From positions 8,312 through 72,311 of the forward strand of contig CAMNAK010000003.1 in NCBI GenBank assembly GCA_946530965.1: a stretch of 64,000 nt of DNA. Reading direction: 5' to 3'. Below are positions 44,151 through 52,695 of this stretch, one piece after another. The stretch's first letter is position 1. The number at the start of each line of letters is the position of its first letter. This stretch comes from an uncultured Candidatus Saccharibacteria bacterium (GTDB taxonomy: Bacteria > Patescibacteriota > Saccharimonadia > Saccharimonadales > Saccharimonadaceae). Position numbers and translations under genes: made by a program. Below the pieces are notes generated by a model that saw only the letters and a program-made list of their open reading frames with translations, made no database searches and was not told the DNA's origin.

Positions 44151-45506
44151 ATGGAACAGACTTTTTTCTTTTACGACCTTGAGACTTCTGGACTAAATCC
44201 CCGAGAAGACCGAATTATGCAGTTTGCCGGCCAAAGAACCAATATGGACCTCGAGCCAATTGGCGACCCCGTAAACCTCCTCGTAAAACTCTGTAACGAC
44301 ACCTTGCCAAGTCCCCAGGCTATCATGGTAACCAAGATTACCCCTCAGTCTACTCAGCTTGACGGCCTAACCGAGGCAGAATTCTGTAAATATGTCAGCG
44401 AAGAAATCTTTACCGAGGGTACAATCGCTACCGGATACAACTCTGTTCGCTTTGATGACGAATTTATGCGCGCAACTTTCTGGCGTAACTTTTATGACCC
44501 CTACGAGTTTGAGTGGCGTGACGGCCGCAGTCGTTGGGATTTACTCGACGTTGTCCGTCTTACGCGCGCTCTCCGTCCAGAAGGTATTAACTGGCCAGTA
44601 ACTCCAGAAGGCAAGGCAACCAACCGTCTCGAGCTTATTACGAAGCTTAATGGCATCTCGCACGAGGCCGCCCACGATGCTTTGTCTGATGTGAACGCTC
44701 TTATTGACGTAACCCGCCTTATCAAGGAAAAGCAGCCTCAGCTCTACGAGTATCTTTTCAAGATGCGAGACAAACGAGAAATTCAAAACCTTGTAAACCT
44801 TGAGCGTCCACAACCTTTTGTCTATTCCTGTGGTCGCTATTCTAGCGAGTTTAATAAAACTACAGTCGCATTCCCAATCGCTCCAACCAAGAACAGTGGT
44901 GTTTTGGTTTTTGATCTTAGGTACAATCTTGACGAGCTGTTAGCAGATTCCGATCGCAAGAGCTTCTATCCTATCGTAAAAGAGATGAAATATAATCGCT
45001 GCCCAGCAGTCTCGCCGCTTGGCGTCTTAACTCAGGCTGATGGCTGGAGCAAGATTAAACTAACTCAGGAAACTATCGAGAAGAACAAGGCAAGTCTCCT
45101 TGCGCACCCAGATTTTATCGAGCGCATGCGCACCGAGAACGAAGAGCGTCCGGAATTCCCACCTGCTATCGATAGCGAATCGGCTCTCTATGATGGCTTC
45201 CTGAACGATCGTGACCGTCGAACTTGTATTGCGACCCGTCGCGCTACTAAGGCCGACCTTCGCAACTTTCATCCAGATTTTGATGACGAGCGTCTGCCCG
45301 AACTTCTTATTCATTACAAAGCTCGCAACTTCGAAGATATTCTTGATGAAACCGAGCATAAGAAGTGGGAAGAATACCGCATGTCTCGTATTAAGGCTCG
45401 TCAGAACGACTATATCAAGGCGATTCAACAGCTTGCCAAAGAGGGGAAAGACAGCTTCTTGCTTGAAGAATTGCAGCTCTGGTATCAGTCTTTGCTGCCA
45501 TACTAG
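44151..45506 (+). CDS. sbcB: Exodeoxyribonuclease I
   Basis: FFFYDLETSGLNPREDRIMQFAG (Exo I motif), YNSVRFDDEF and HDALSDV (DEDDh), plus the SbcB C-terminal domain length. Confidence 0.9.
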   Translation: MEQTFFFYDLETSGLNPREDRIMQFAGQRTNMDLEPIGDPVNLLVKLCNDTLPSPQAIMVTKITPQSTQLDGLTEAEFCKYVSEEIFTEGTIATGYNSVRFDDEFMRATFWRNFYDPYEFEWRDGRSRWDLLDVVRLTRALRPEGINWPVTPEGKATNRLELITKLNGISHEAAHDALSDVNALIDVTRLIKEKQPQLYEYLFKMRDKREIQNLVNLERPQPFVYSCGRYSSEFNKTTVAFPIAPTKNSGVLVFDLRYNLDELLADSDRKSFYPIVKEMKYNRCPAVSPLGVLTQADGWSKIKLTQETIEKNKASLLAHPDFIERMRTENEERPEFPPAIDSESALYDGFLNDRDRRTCIATRRATKADLRNFHPDFDDERLPELLIHYKARNFEDILDETEHKKWEEYRMSRIKARQNDYIKAIQQLAKEGKDSFLLEELQLWYQSLLPY

Positions 45507-45549
45507 ATAACTCTAGCTTAAAACAGATTAAAACTCGTATAATAAAACT

Positions 45550-47316
45550 ATGCAGTGGATAGTTGGGTTAAACATGCTTCGGTTTTTCGCGATTATCCTA
45601 ATCGTGATTTATCACTTTTTTCGAAGCTTCATGCCAGGCGGCTTTCTTGCAATCGAAATCTTTTTTGCGTTGTCTGGATATCTGCTCGGAACTAAACTCC
45701 TGTCCAAAACTTACCAGGAGAAGCAAAAATCTCCACTGAGCTTTATTAAAAAGCGCTTCATGAAACTCTGGCCGCCGCTACTAGCCTCTGTTTTGATTAG
45801 CCTGAGCTTCGCGCTCTTTTCGCCAAAAGAATTGCTGGTTGGCCTTCAAAAAGATACGCTTGCTGCGCTAACGTTCTTGACTAACATCTTCGAGCTAGTC
45901 TCTGGCGCTTCGTATGAAGAAACTATTTCACCGAATCTCTTCGAACATACCTGGTTCTTGGCGCTAGAGTTCCAGCTCTGCCTAATCTTGCCGTTCTTTA
46001 TCTATCTTACAATGCGTAAAGTTAGCCGCAAGAATGGCCTCCGTCTCTGTTTGGCCTATTCTACGGCGCTCTCGCTTCTGTCTGCTGGGCTTATGTATGC
46101 TTACGGAACGATTTTCGAGATGCGCGACAGGGCATACTTTGCCCCAGATACGCAGGCTTTTGCCTTCTTTGGCGGTGTGGCTTTGGCTGCTTGGCGCCAG
46201 CTCCATCCTATATCCATAAGGCATCGCCGCCGACCGGCACTTTTGTCTCTCATTGTCTCCTCGGCCGCGCTGATTCTGCTCTCGTTCTCGGTGACTTACG
46301 AGCAGGCAACTGCCGGCTTTTTGCAACTGACGGCAATTCTAAGCTTGAGTCTAATTGACTCTATTCTGTATCTCCAGAAGACCAGGACGAGCACACTCAA
46401 AATAATGCGCCCGCTAGAGCTCCTGGGCAAGTATGCCTTCGGTATCTATCTATACCACTGGCCACTGATGCTGCTACTCCCGAGAATCTTCGGTATCAAT
46501 CAGGCGACTAACTTTATCGCGACCCTTATCTTGAGTTTGAGTCTATCTGTTTTGACGGGCTTTATTCTAAACCGCAATATCAAGACAAGGCTTGCGGCTC
46601 TGCCTATGCCTGCGTTACTAAGCGCGATTGCTCTCATTTTGACCCCGCTCAGTTCCAATATTATGAATGAAATTAGAGAGGCAAAAAGTGACGAGTCGTT
46701 AACGGTTTCCGTAAACTACTTCCAAACCCCAAGACTAGATAAGATAACTACCGAGATGGAAGCTCTCGCAAAGACCGCCAAAGAGTCTGTCGCTCCGGAT
46801 GAGTCGATTAGTCTCGCCTCAGTTAGTCCGAATGATGCAAGTGTGTTGGTTATTGGTGATTCTGTTACTCTTGGCGCCAAAGCTGCTCTGGAATCCAAGA
46901 TCATAGATGTTTATGTTGACGCTGAAGAATCGCGCGGTATAGAGAAGGCGCATACTATTCTTGATGCAGTGGCCGCCAGTGGTGACGTTCCGCCAATTGT
47001 TGTTGTGAGCCTAACTACTAACGAGCGCACCTTTACGGACGAAATTATGCAAGAGATTGTAGATGCTGCCCGTGGCTCGCGTGTAATCTTTGTGACTGGC
47101 TACGCTAGCGAACTACAGCCGCGCGAAACCCAAAACGCCGCCATCAAGGATTTTGCCAACTCTCACGATAATGTCTACTATGCTGACTGGTGGGAAGTCG
47201 CAATCAATGACATGAGCTTGCTTTATGATGATCATATTCATCTGAATCCCGAAGGTCGCGAAGCCTACGCAAATCTAATCTATAACTCAATCGAGCAGAC
47301 CGGAGGCATGCTATGA
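45550..47316 (+). CDS. Acyltransferase-3 family membrane protein with a C-terminal SGNH/GDSL-like domain (OatA/OafA-like O-acetyltransferase)
   Basis: LRFFAIILIVIYHF N-terminal motif, about 10 TM helices, then VLVIGDSVTLG and a DHIHLNPEG-type catalytic block. Confidence 0.8.
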   Translation: MQWIVGLNMLRFFAIILIVIYHFFRSFMPGGFLAIEIFFALSGYLLGTKLLSKTYQEKQKSPLSFIKKRFMKLWPPLLASVLISLSFALFSPKELLVGLQKDTLAALTFLTNIFELVSGASYEETISPNLFEHTWFLALEFQLCLILPFFIYLTMRKVSRKNGLRLCLAYSTALSLLSAGLMYAYGTIFEMRDRAYFAPDTQAFAFFGGVALAAWRQLHPISIRHRRRPALLSLIVSSAALILLSFSVTYEQATAGFLQLTAILSLSLIDSILYLQKTRTSTLKIMRPLELLGKYAFGIYLYHWPLMLLLPRIFGINQATNFIATLILSLSLSVLTGFILNRNIKTRLAALPMPALLSAIALILTPLSSNIMNEIREAKSDESLTVSVNYFQTPRLDKITTEMEALAKTAKESVAPDESISLASVSPNDASVLVIGDSVTLGAKAALESKIIDVYVDAEESRGIEKAHTILDAVAASGDVPPIVVVSLTTNERTFTDEIMQEIVDAARGSRVIFVTGYASELQPRETQNAAIKDFANSHDNVYYADWWEVAINDMSLLYDDHIHLNPEGREAYANLIYNSIEQTGGML

Positions 47317-47951
47317 GAAAGATAATATGCGCTATTCTTATCTTTGCCTTCGCCGCCCTAGAAATTCTTGGTCTAAACGCCGCCAAGGGCAACTACTTCG
47401 CTCGAAAGGCGCAGGAATCCGCCGAGAATCTATACAGTATCATTGTGAATCAAAGCGCAGAGATCCGCTCTGGGAATATAGACAATGCGCTCGCCTCCGA
47501 GGCAAAGCTAAAAGACGAAATCGCGAAGTTTAAAAAGTATTCCGGCAATAACGATATGGCTGCAAAACTTGAAAAGTATTACGACTTCATTCAGTCTGCA
47601 AGAGCTATGGAAATCGCAGAGTTTAATAAGATCATAAAAGATCTGAATCCAACCTTAACGAGCGACGGAGATTTTAAAGAAAAATACCGAAGTTTGTCGG
47701 ATATCGCCGAGAACTTAAATCTAGAATCATGCGAAGAATTAAAAGGTGCAATGAAGAAGCTCTCTAGCGTCATGCGTAGTGCTAGCCATTGCAAAGACCG
47801 CTGCGGCCCAGGAGAATTTGCCAAACTTCAGCAAGAATATACCGAAGCAAAAGACAACTTACTGGCGCTCGTCGAACAGATGAATAATAATATACTAAAC
47901 GACACGCAAACGAACTCGCTAATCGAAGAGTTAAAGAAATTGGAGAAATAA
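47313..47951 (+). CDS. Hypothetical secreted, helical protein
   Basis: Signal-like N-terminus MRKIICAILIFAFAAL. A 4-nt overlap (ATGA) links it to the upstream gene. Confidence 0.5.
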   Translation: MRKIICAILIFAFAALEILGLNAAKGNYFARKAQESAENLYSIIVNQSAEIRSGNIDNALASEAKLKDEIAKFKKYSGNNDMAAKLEKYYDFIQSARAMEIAEFNKIIKDLNPTLTSDGDFKEKYRSLSDIAENLNLESCEELKGAMKKLSSVMRSASHCKDRCGPGEFAKLQQEYTEAKDNLLALVEQMNNNILNDTQTNSLIEELKKLEK

Positions 47952-48712
47952 TGAAGAAGATACTATTCCCAGAAGCAGACAATGAATTCGTAATAGAAGC
48001 CGCTTCGGAATTAACCGATATTGAGGCGATCCTCGAAAAGCAATCCCTAGAAGAAGCTTTTGATAAGCTCGCTAGCGGCGAAGTTGATGGTATTGTTGCT
48101 GGCATAGATTATTCTTCTCGTGATGTTATTTTGGCAGGGAAAGACAAGCTTGGCCTCGTAAAACCAGAAGTAAAACTGTTTACAAGTTTGTTCTATGCTG
48201 AGCTTCCAGATGGTAGGAAATTTATCATTTCTGATGGTGCGACCTGCAAACATCCAACTCTCGAGCAAATGTGTCGCATTATTGAGCTGGTTCATGAAGC
48301 GTCCGAAAAACTCCTAGATGAAGAGCCTCGTCTTGCGATGCTTAGCTTTTCTACCTTCGGTTCTGGCGGAAAAGACGATACGATGGATTTGATGCAGGAA
48401 GCAATTGCAAAGACTCGCGAAACTCATCCAGAGATTAAGATTGATGGCGAAATGCAGCTTGATGCGGCCGTTAATCCTCGTATCGGCGCCAAGAAAGCTC
48501 CAAACTCCGATGTGGCGGGCAGAGCAAACGTCCTTATTGTCCCAGATATTAATGCTGGCAACATCCTGTATAAGTCACTTGAGCAGTTTGCTGGAGCTAA
48601 GGTCGCTGGCCCAATCCTGCTCGGCTTTACAAAACCAGTCTCGGATTTGTCTCGTGGTTCAACTGCGGAAGATATTGTTTTGACGGCTCGCTGTCTAGAG
48701 CGCCTCATCTAG
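47951..48712 (+). CDS. pta: Phosphate acyltransferase of the PTA_PTB family (short phosphotransacetylase-like)
   Basis: ILFPEADNE N-terminus and the LSFSTFGSGG, ANVLIVPDINAGNILYK and PVSDLSRG motifs. Confidence 0.75.
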   Translation: MKKILFPEADNEFVIEAASELTDIEAILEKQSLEEAFDKLASGEVDGIVAGIDYSSRDVILAGKDKLGLVKPEVKLFTSLFYAELPDGRKFIISDGATCKHPTLEQMCRIIELVHEASEKLLDEEPRLAMLSFSTFGSGGKDDTMDLMQEAIAKTRETHPEIKIDGEMQLDAAVNPRIGAKKAPNSDVAGRANVLIVPDINAGNILYKSLEQFAGAKVAGPILLGFTKPVSDLSRGSTAEDIVLTARCLERLI

Positions 48713-48719
48713 AGCTACA

Positions 48720-48748
48720 TTGACTAAAACGCTATTTTGTGGTATAAT
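48720..48748 (+). promoter_or_regulatory. Sigma70-type promoter
   Basis: TTGACT-17 nt-TATAAT with a TGg extension. It lies about 140 nt upstream of the next CDS. Confidence 0.7.
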
Positions 48749-48895
48749 AGACCAATATTTTTTGCACCTTTACTGTTTGGGAGTTCGCATAGTCGGATTT
48801 CGAGCACTTGAGCCTTCGAGTGTTCAAAATTCGGCTATGCAAAGGGCAAGCCGGAAATCTTTTCATCTCGGTTTTACAACCGAAGGAGGTCTATT

Positions 48896-49810
48896 ATGAG
48901 CAATTCATTTATTGGTATGAAAATCCAGGAGACAAACGTATTTCCTTCAAGGGATACTTTGCTCAAACTTACCGCTCTGACTCTGCCTATGAGCAGCTGC
49001 TTGGCAGTCGGCACTACCCGCAAGGGCAGCCTTATGACTAACGAAGGCAACTTCGAGCTGGATATCCACTACAATCTCTACAAAGAGTCTGTAGATGGTT
49101 TCGCTGGTCAGAGACAGAATCTGCTGAATCTCATGAGTGCTTACGATGTTGAATGTTTCGTTAGTGCTGCACTCTTCCACGGCACATCAGATGTTGTCTA
49201 CGCAAACAAGAACGGTCTCCGTATTCTTGGCGCAGGCACCGGCAAGGCAGCCTACAAGAAGGTAAACTACAACCGCTTCTCCAGAGAAAACCAGCTCCAT
49301 GCCGACGGTATTATCTGCGAGCCTGGTTCTGGCATCGTGCCAGTGACTTACAGTGCAGACTGCGTTACTGGTGTCATGAGCGCTGCTAACGGCGCTTACG
49401 GTGTATTCCATAGCATGGCCAGAAAACTTTGCAATGAGGGCGACAATATTATCCTGTCCATGGTTCGTGCTTTCGGTGGTCTCTGGGGAGTTAAGCCTGA
49501 GGATATTCAGATTGCATTCTATCCTAGTGCCAGCCCTTCCATCTACGAGGTCGACCAGGAGTTTGCTGATGCATTTCCTGCGCGCTATGTTATGCATGAG
49601 TCTGGTAAGAAACCTCGCCTCATGCTCGAGGACCTGGCTATCTCTCTGGCACGCAGATATGGCGTAACTCAGATTGCTGTATCTGATCACGCTACCGCCT
49701 GGGGTGGACTCGAGAGCCTTCGTGGCACCGAGCATAGCCTTCTGGCAAGCGGTACACGGGTTGGCAATTCCAACGGCCAGAACATTGTCTTCGCCGTTCC
49801 TTGTCTCTAA
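48896..49810 (+). CDS. YfiH/PgeF-like (DUF152, laccase-domain) protein
   Basis: A candidate His-Cys-His triad is preserved (FHGTSD, YSADCVTG, FHSMARK), as is the SIYEVDQEF block. The sequence is divergent, so confidence is moderate. RBS GAAGGAGG. Confidence 0.55.
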   Translation: MSNSFIGMKIQETNVFPSRDTLLKLTALTLPMSSCLAVGTTRKGSLMTNEGNFELDIHYNLYKESVDGFAGQRQNLLNLMSAYDVECFVSAALFHGTSDVVYANKNGLRILGAGTGKAAYKKVNYNRFSRENQLHADGIICEPGSGIVPVTYSADCVTGVMSAANGAYGVFHSMARKLCNEGDNIILSMVRAFGGLWGVKPEDIQIAFYPSASPSIYEVDQEFADAFPARYVMHESGKKPRLMLEDLAISLARRYGVTQIAVSDHATAWGGLESLRGTEHSLLASGTRVGNSNGQNIVFAVPCL

Positions 49811-49835
49811 TCAGGATGCTTCCAAACAGAATTAT

Positions 49836-49863
49836 TCCGCGTCTTTCGGGGCGCGGATTTTTC
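49836..49863 (+). terminator. Intrinsic terminator
   Basis: TCCGCGTC-N6-GGCGCGGA followed by TTTTT. Confidence 0.75.
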
Positions 49864-49896
49864 TTGGTTGACCTGGCTATCCTCTAAAAACGTATG

Positions 49897-49979
49897 CTTT
49901 AGCTTGCCATTTTGGAAAGCTAATACATCTTAGCATTATTGGCTTATCTGTTAAAACTTTCCATTTTGGCAAGCTAAAG
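49897..49979 (+). repeat. ~80-bp nested-palindrome element, copy 2
   Basis: CTTTAGCTTGCC (49897-49908) is the exact complement of GGCAAGCTAAAG (49968-49979), and GGAAAG/CTTTCC form inner arms. The layout and central core match copies 1 and 3. Confidence 0.65.
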
Positions 49980-50040
49980 ACTATATAATTGCTATGCAGG
50001 CGTGTTTTTTTGAGATGGCACACTTTTCTTAACATATGGA

Positions 50041-50119
50041 TTAGCTTGCGATTTTCGCAAGTAATTACACCTTAGCGGAAATGGCTCATCTGACATTACT
50101 TGCAGATTTTGCAAGCAAA
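50041..50119 (+). repeat. ~80-bp nested-palindrome element, copy 3
   Basis: Arms are GCTTGC...GCAAGTAAT...ATTACTTGC...GCAAGC. It aligns nearly base for base with the reverse complement of 6753-6833. Confidence 0.7.
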
Positions 50120-50165
50120 CGCGCATATAACAAATAAATGGCGCGACGCCAGAACATGCTTAAAT

Positions 50166-50193
50166 TTGTAAAATACCAAAAGTATGATATGAT
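50166..50193 (+). promoter_or_regulatory. Putative promoter
   Basis: TTGTAA-16 nt-TATGAT, where TATGAT is tandemly duplicated. Confidence 0.4.
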
Positions 50194-50243
50194 ATCACCT
50201 ATGGACAGAAATGTCCAAATCTTTTTCAAAAGGGGTGCACCTT

Positions 50244-50915
50244 ATGGAACTTACTATATCTAAGCAATATCCTTTTAATTTCGTGGCGCTTGCGCTCGAA
50301 ACTATGGGGATTTTCTTCGATGAGCGGAGCCTGGCGAAGTTCGATGCGTACGAGGTAGATGTCTTTCTGAAAGACCGCTGCGAACGTAGCTCGAGCGAGA
50401 AAGAAGCAATCGAATGGTTTACGGGCAACAAAGCAACTCCTCCCAAGGAGAGCTACAAAGAAAGTCTCGTTGCGACCATTTCGGCCTTCTCGCATAAATA
50501 CTACAATGGCCAATTTGGTCTGGTTTCGCTCGCCGATTTCGATAACCTGGCGATGAGCTGGGTGCAGGTCAAGAAGCTTGTCGCAAAGATTGATTCTCTC
50601 AAAGATGATACTCGTGCGCTTCCGCTTCTGTTCTCGGTTCGTGAGGAAATGGGGGTATTTCTGGCAAATACGGGATACTATGTCGCAAATCATTGTAGGC
50701 TTGAGGACGAGAATACCGAAAATCATCCGATCAACTACACTCGTCTGGATAGTTGCGGCTGTCAGATTCTTGCCGAACATGGCATTAATACAGTCGGCGA
50801 TTTAACCCGCGTGACGGCGGACTATCTCCTGAATATCAAGGGTTTCGGGAAAAGACGTCTTGAACGTGTGCGTGATAGCTTGAAAGAACTGAAAGTTCAT
50901 CTGCTCGGCGAATAA
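50244..50915 (+). CDS. Hypothetical protein with a C-terminal RNA-polymerase alpha-CTD-like helix-hairpin-helix domain
   Basis: The C-terminal ILAEHGINTVGDLTRVTADYLLNIKGFGKRRLERVRDSLKEL matches the RpoA CTD pattern ([13 protein letters not shown]....ELL...NLGKKSL.EI...L). Start moved to MELTIS, which has AAAGGGGTG 6 nt upstream. Confidence 0.55.
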   Translation: MELTISKQYPFNFVALALETMGIFFDERSLAKFDAYEVDVFLKDRCERSSSEKEAIEWFTGNKATPPKESYKESLVATISAFSHKYYNGQFGLVSLADFDNLAMSWVQVKKLVAKIDSLKDDTRALPLLFSVREEMGVFLANTGYYVANHCRLEDENTENHPINYTRLDSCGCQILAEHGINTVGDLTRVTADYLLNIKGFGKRRLERVRDSLKELKVHLLGE

Positions 50916-50940
50916 TAGGGGTATTGTCTAGGGGTAAGCA

Positions 50941-50968
50941 AAAAGGCGGCTATAAAAGGCCGCCTTTT
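50941..50968 (+). terminator. Intrinsic terminator
   Basis: AAAAGGCGGC-N8-GGCCGCCTTTT. Confidence 0.75.
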
Positions 50969-50993
50969 CTTATGATTTCAAAGACAAGTGAAA

Positions 50994-51015
50994 GGCCCCG
51001 ACGATTGCCGGGGCC
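50994..51015. terminator. Second GC hairpin, possibly the terminator of a minus-strand transcript from 51.36 kb
   Basis: GGCCCCG-N8-CGGGGCC. Confidence 0.4.
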
Positions 51016-51402
51016 ATAAATTGTGTAGCTATTCTGGGTGGGGACATTATCGATAGATACGATTGGAATCGGGATCTACGACGAGATTTGCCACTGGCGC
51101 GCGAAATACAGGATAGAAACTCCATCCACGAACAAACACGTGGTATTCACTGCAGCTGGCGGCTACGGCCGAGTGCCGTAGGTATTGAACTTCGGACGAG
51201 AGCGCGAGAAGTGGCGCGGTCGCAGCAGTCTCGATAGCGAGGTGTTTTGCTGTCCATGAACAAAAAGTGGTCGTTTATATCACAGGTCTCCTGTGAAAAA
51301 GAATAGTTGCGAATAGCTACATGAGGCTTAATGTCCAGACGTACCGAATTATGCGTCACGAATATAAATATATAGATAATACGGTAAAAATGCAAGCATG
51401 AG

Positions 51403-51432
51403 CAAAAACAGAGCTTCTAACGGCTCTGTTTT
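51403..51432 (-). terminator. Intrinsic terminator of the GT-GH57 operon
   Basis: ACAGAGC-N8-GCTCTGT followed by TTTTT on the minus strand. Confidence 0.75.
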
Positions 51433-51438
51433 ATTAAC

Positions 51439-52683
51439 TTAATTATCTGTTTCTACTTCTTTTGAAGTGGCTTTCTTCTTCTCGGCGATTTCGTCTAGGC
51501 GTTCCCTCATGTCGCGAAGCGCGTTCATGTAGTATAGGAATGCGTCATAAGGCGAATCGTATGGCGAGAAGTAGGCGTGAACGTCACCATCGTTGAAGTA
51601 CTTCGTGCACATGTAGTATGGATGATCGCTTGTCTGTAAGCGGCGCCAATCTTCTAGCATATGCGCGTCTTCGGATTCTAGAACGTCTTGCTTCATTCCG
51701 TAAACGGCCTGCATTGCTTCGTGCTGCATCGAGTTGCCTAGCCATGCAGAAAGGTCGCGTTCGGTATCTGCCCAAGTAACGGTCCAAGGCATAGATAGTT
51801 CAGCTTTTGGCTCGTCGCTATCGCAAGCTTCGCTAACGGTTAGGAAATTGTTATTCTCGTCCTTTAGCCAGCTATAAACTAGATGTTCGAAGAACTTAAA
51901 GATGCCAGTATCTTCCCAAATGTTTTCACCAAAGGTCTCAAAGTCCATGAATAAGTTAATGAGTGGACCATTGAGCGTTGCGGCTTCAAGCCAGCTCTGG
52001 TATTTTTCGACGGTTAGTGGCCATTCTTTCCAGTGCTTGTCCGAGAAGCGGAATGCAATATCGTCGGATAGGCGGTAATTCTTGAGAAGTAATCTGGTAT
52101 TCTTGCAGCCAGCTGGGCGGTATACAAAGTTTGGACTACGCCATTCCAGAACCTTATCCCAACCTTCTGCAAGAAGGCCCTTCATGCCAAAATCATCTGC
52201 CCACTTGGCAAGATCGTCATTGTAGGAAAGCTCGGTGTTGCGGAAAACCTGCGTGTCAACGCCAAAGAGTTCTTTGATGATCTTCTGGTGCTTTACGACT
52301 TGTTCTTCAAACTCTTGCTTATCAAAGAAGAAAGCGAGAGAGTGGTAATAAGTCTCGGCAACGATTTCAACGCGACCGGTTTTACAGATTCTCTGCAAAG
52401 TTTCGATTACGTCAGGTGCCCAAAATTGAGCCTGTTCGATAAAGGTACCAGTAATAGATAGGGAAACTTTAAAACCAGGATAATTATTCAAACATTTCTC
52501 GAGGATAGCGAGCATTGGGCGATAGGATTTGTCTGCGACCTTCTTGAAAATGCGCTCGTTATTTGTACCTGCGTACCAATCTTTTTCTGTCCAATAATCA
52601 TGGTCATGACCAACAGAAAAAATACTATAATGCTTTAGCCTGTATGGCTGGTGCATATGTAGATATAGTACGATTGATCGCAT
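51439..52683 (-). CDS. Glycoside hydrolase family 57 protein (alpha-glucan-active)
   Basis: N-terminal LYLHMHQPYR and ETYYHS (EISxxxYYHP-like) motifs are typical of GH57. Confidence 0.75.
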   Translation of the reverse strand: MRSIVLYLHMHQPYRLKHYSIFSVGHDHDYWTEKDWYAGTNNERIFKKVADKSYRPMLAILEKCLNNYPGFKVSLSITGTFIEQAQFWAPDVIETLQRICKTGRVEIVAETYYHSLAFFFDKQEFEEQVVKHQKIIKELFGVDTQVFRNTELSYNDDLAKWADDFGMKGLLAEGWDKVLEWRSPNFVYRPAGCKNTRLLLKNYRLSDDIAFRFSDKHWKEWPLTVEKYQSWLEAATLNGPLINLFMDFETFGENIWEDTGIFKFFEHLVYSWLKDENNNFLTVSEACDSDEPKAELSMPWTVTWADTERDLSAWLGNSMQHEAMQAVYGMKQDVLESEDAHMLEDWRRLQTSDHPYYMCTKYFNDGDVHAYFSPYDSPYDAFLYYMNALRDMRERLDEIAEKKKATSKEVETDN

Positions 52684-52695
52684 TAAGTATTACCT

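Noticed and set aside
6753-50119. Inverted copies of the 80-bp element as termini of a 43-kb mobile element or prophage
   Set aside because: The enclosed DNA is core housekeeping (serS, secA, dnaK, pheST, rpsB, tsf, murF), and no integrase, transposase or target-site duplication is present. At most the copies could mediate an inversion.
50226-50780. 184-aa minus-strand ORF (similar long antisense ORFs at 49187..49735, 42177..42719 and 27071..27610)
   Set aside because: Each lies wholly antisense inside a gene with recognisable motifs (alpha-CTD-like, YfiH-like, HNH-repeat, RmuC). None has expression signals, and their compositions are Arg/Leu/Ser-rich.
51147-51395. 82-aa minus-strand ORF in the 51-kb gap
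   Set aside because: It starts upstream of the only promoter-like site, has no RBS and has an implausible composition. The region is treated as a possible remnant or RNA instead.
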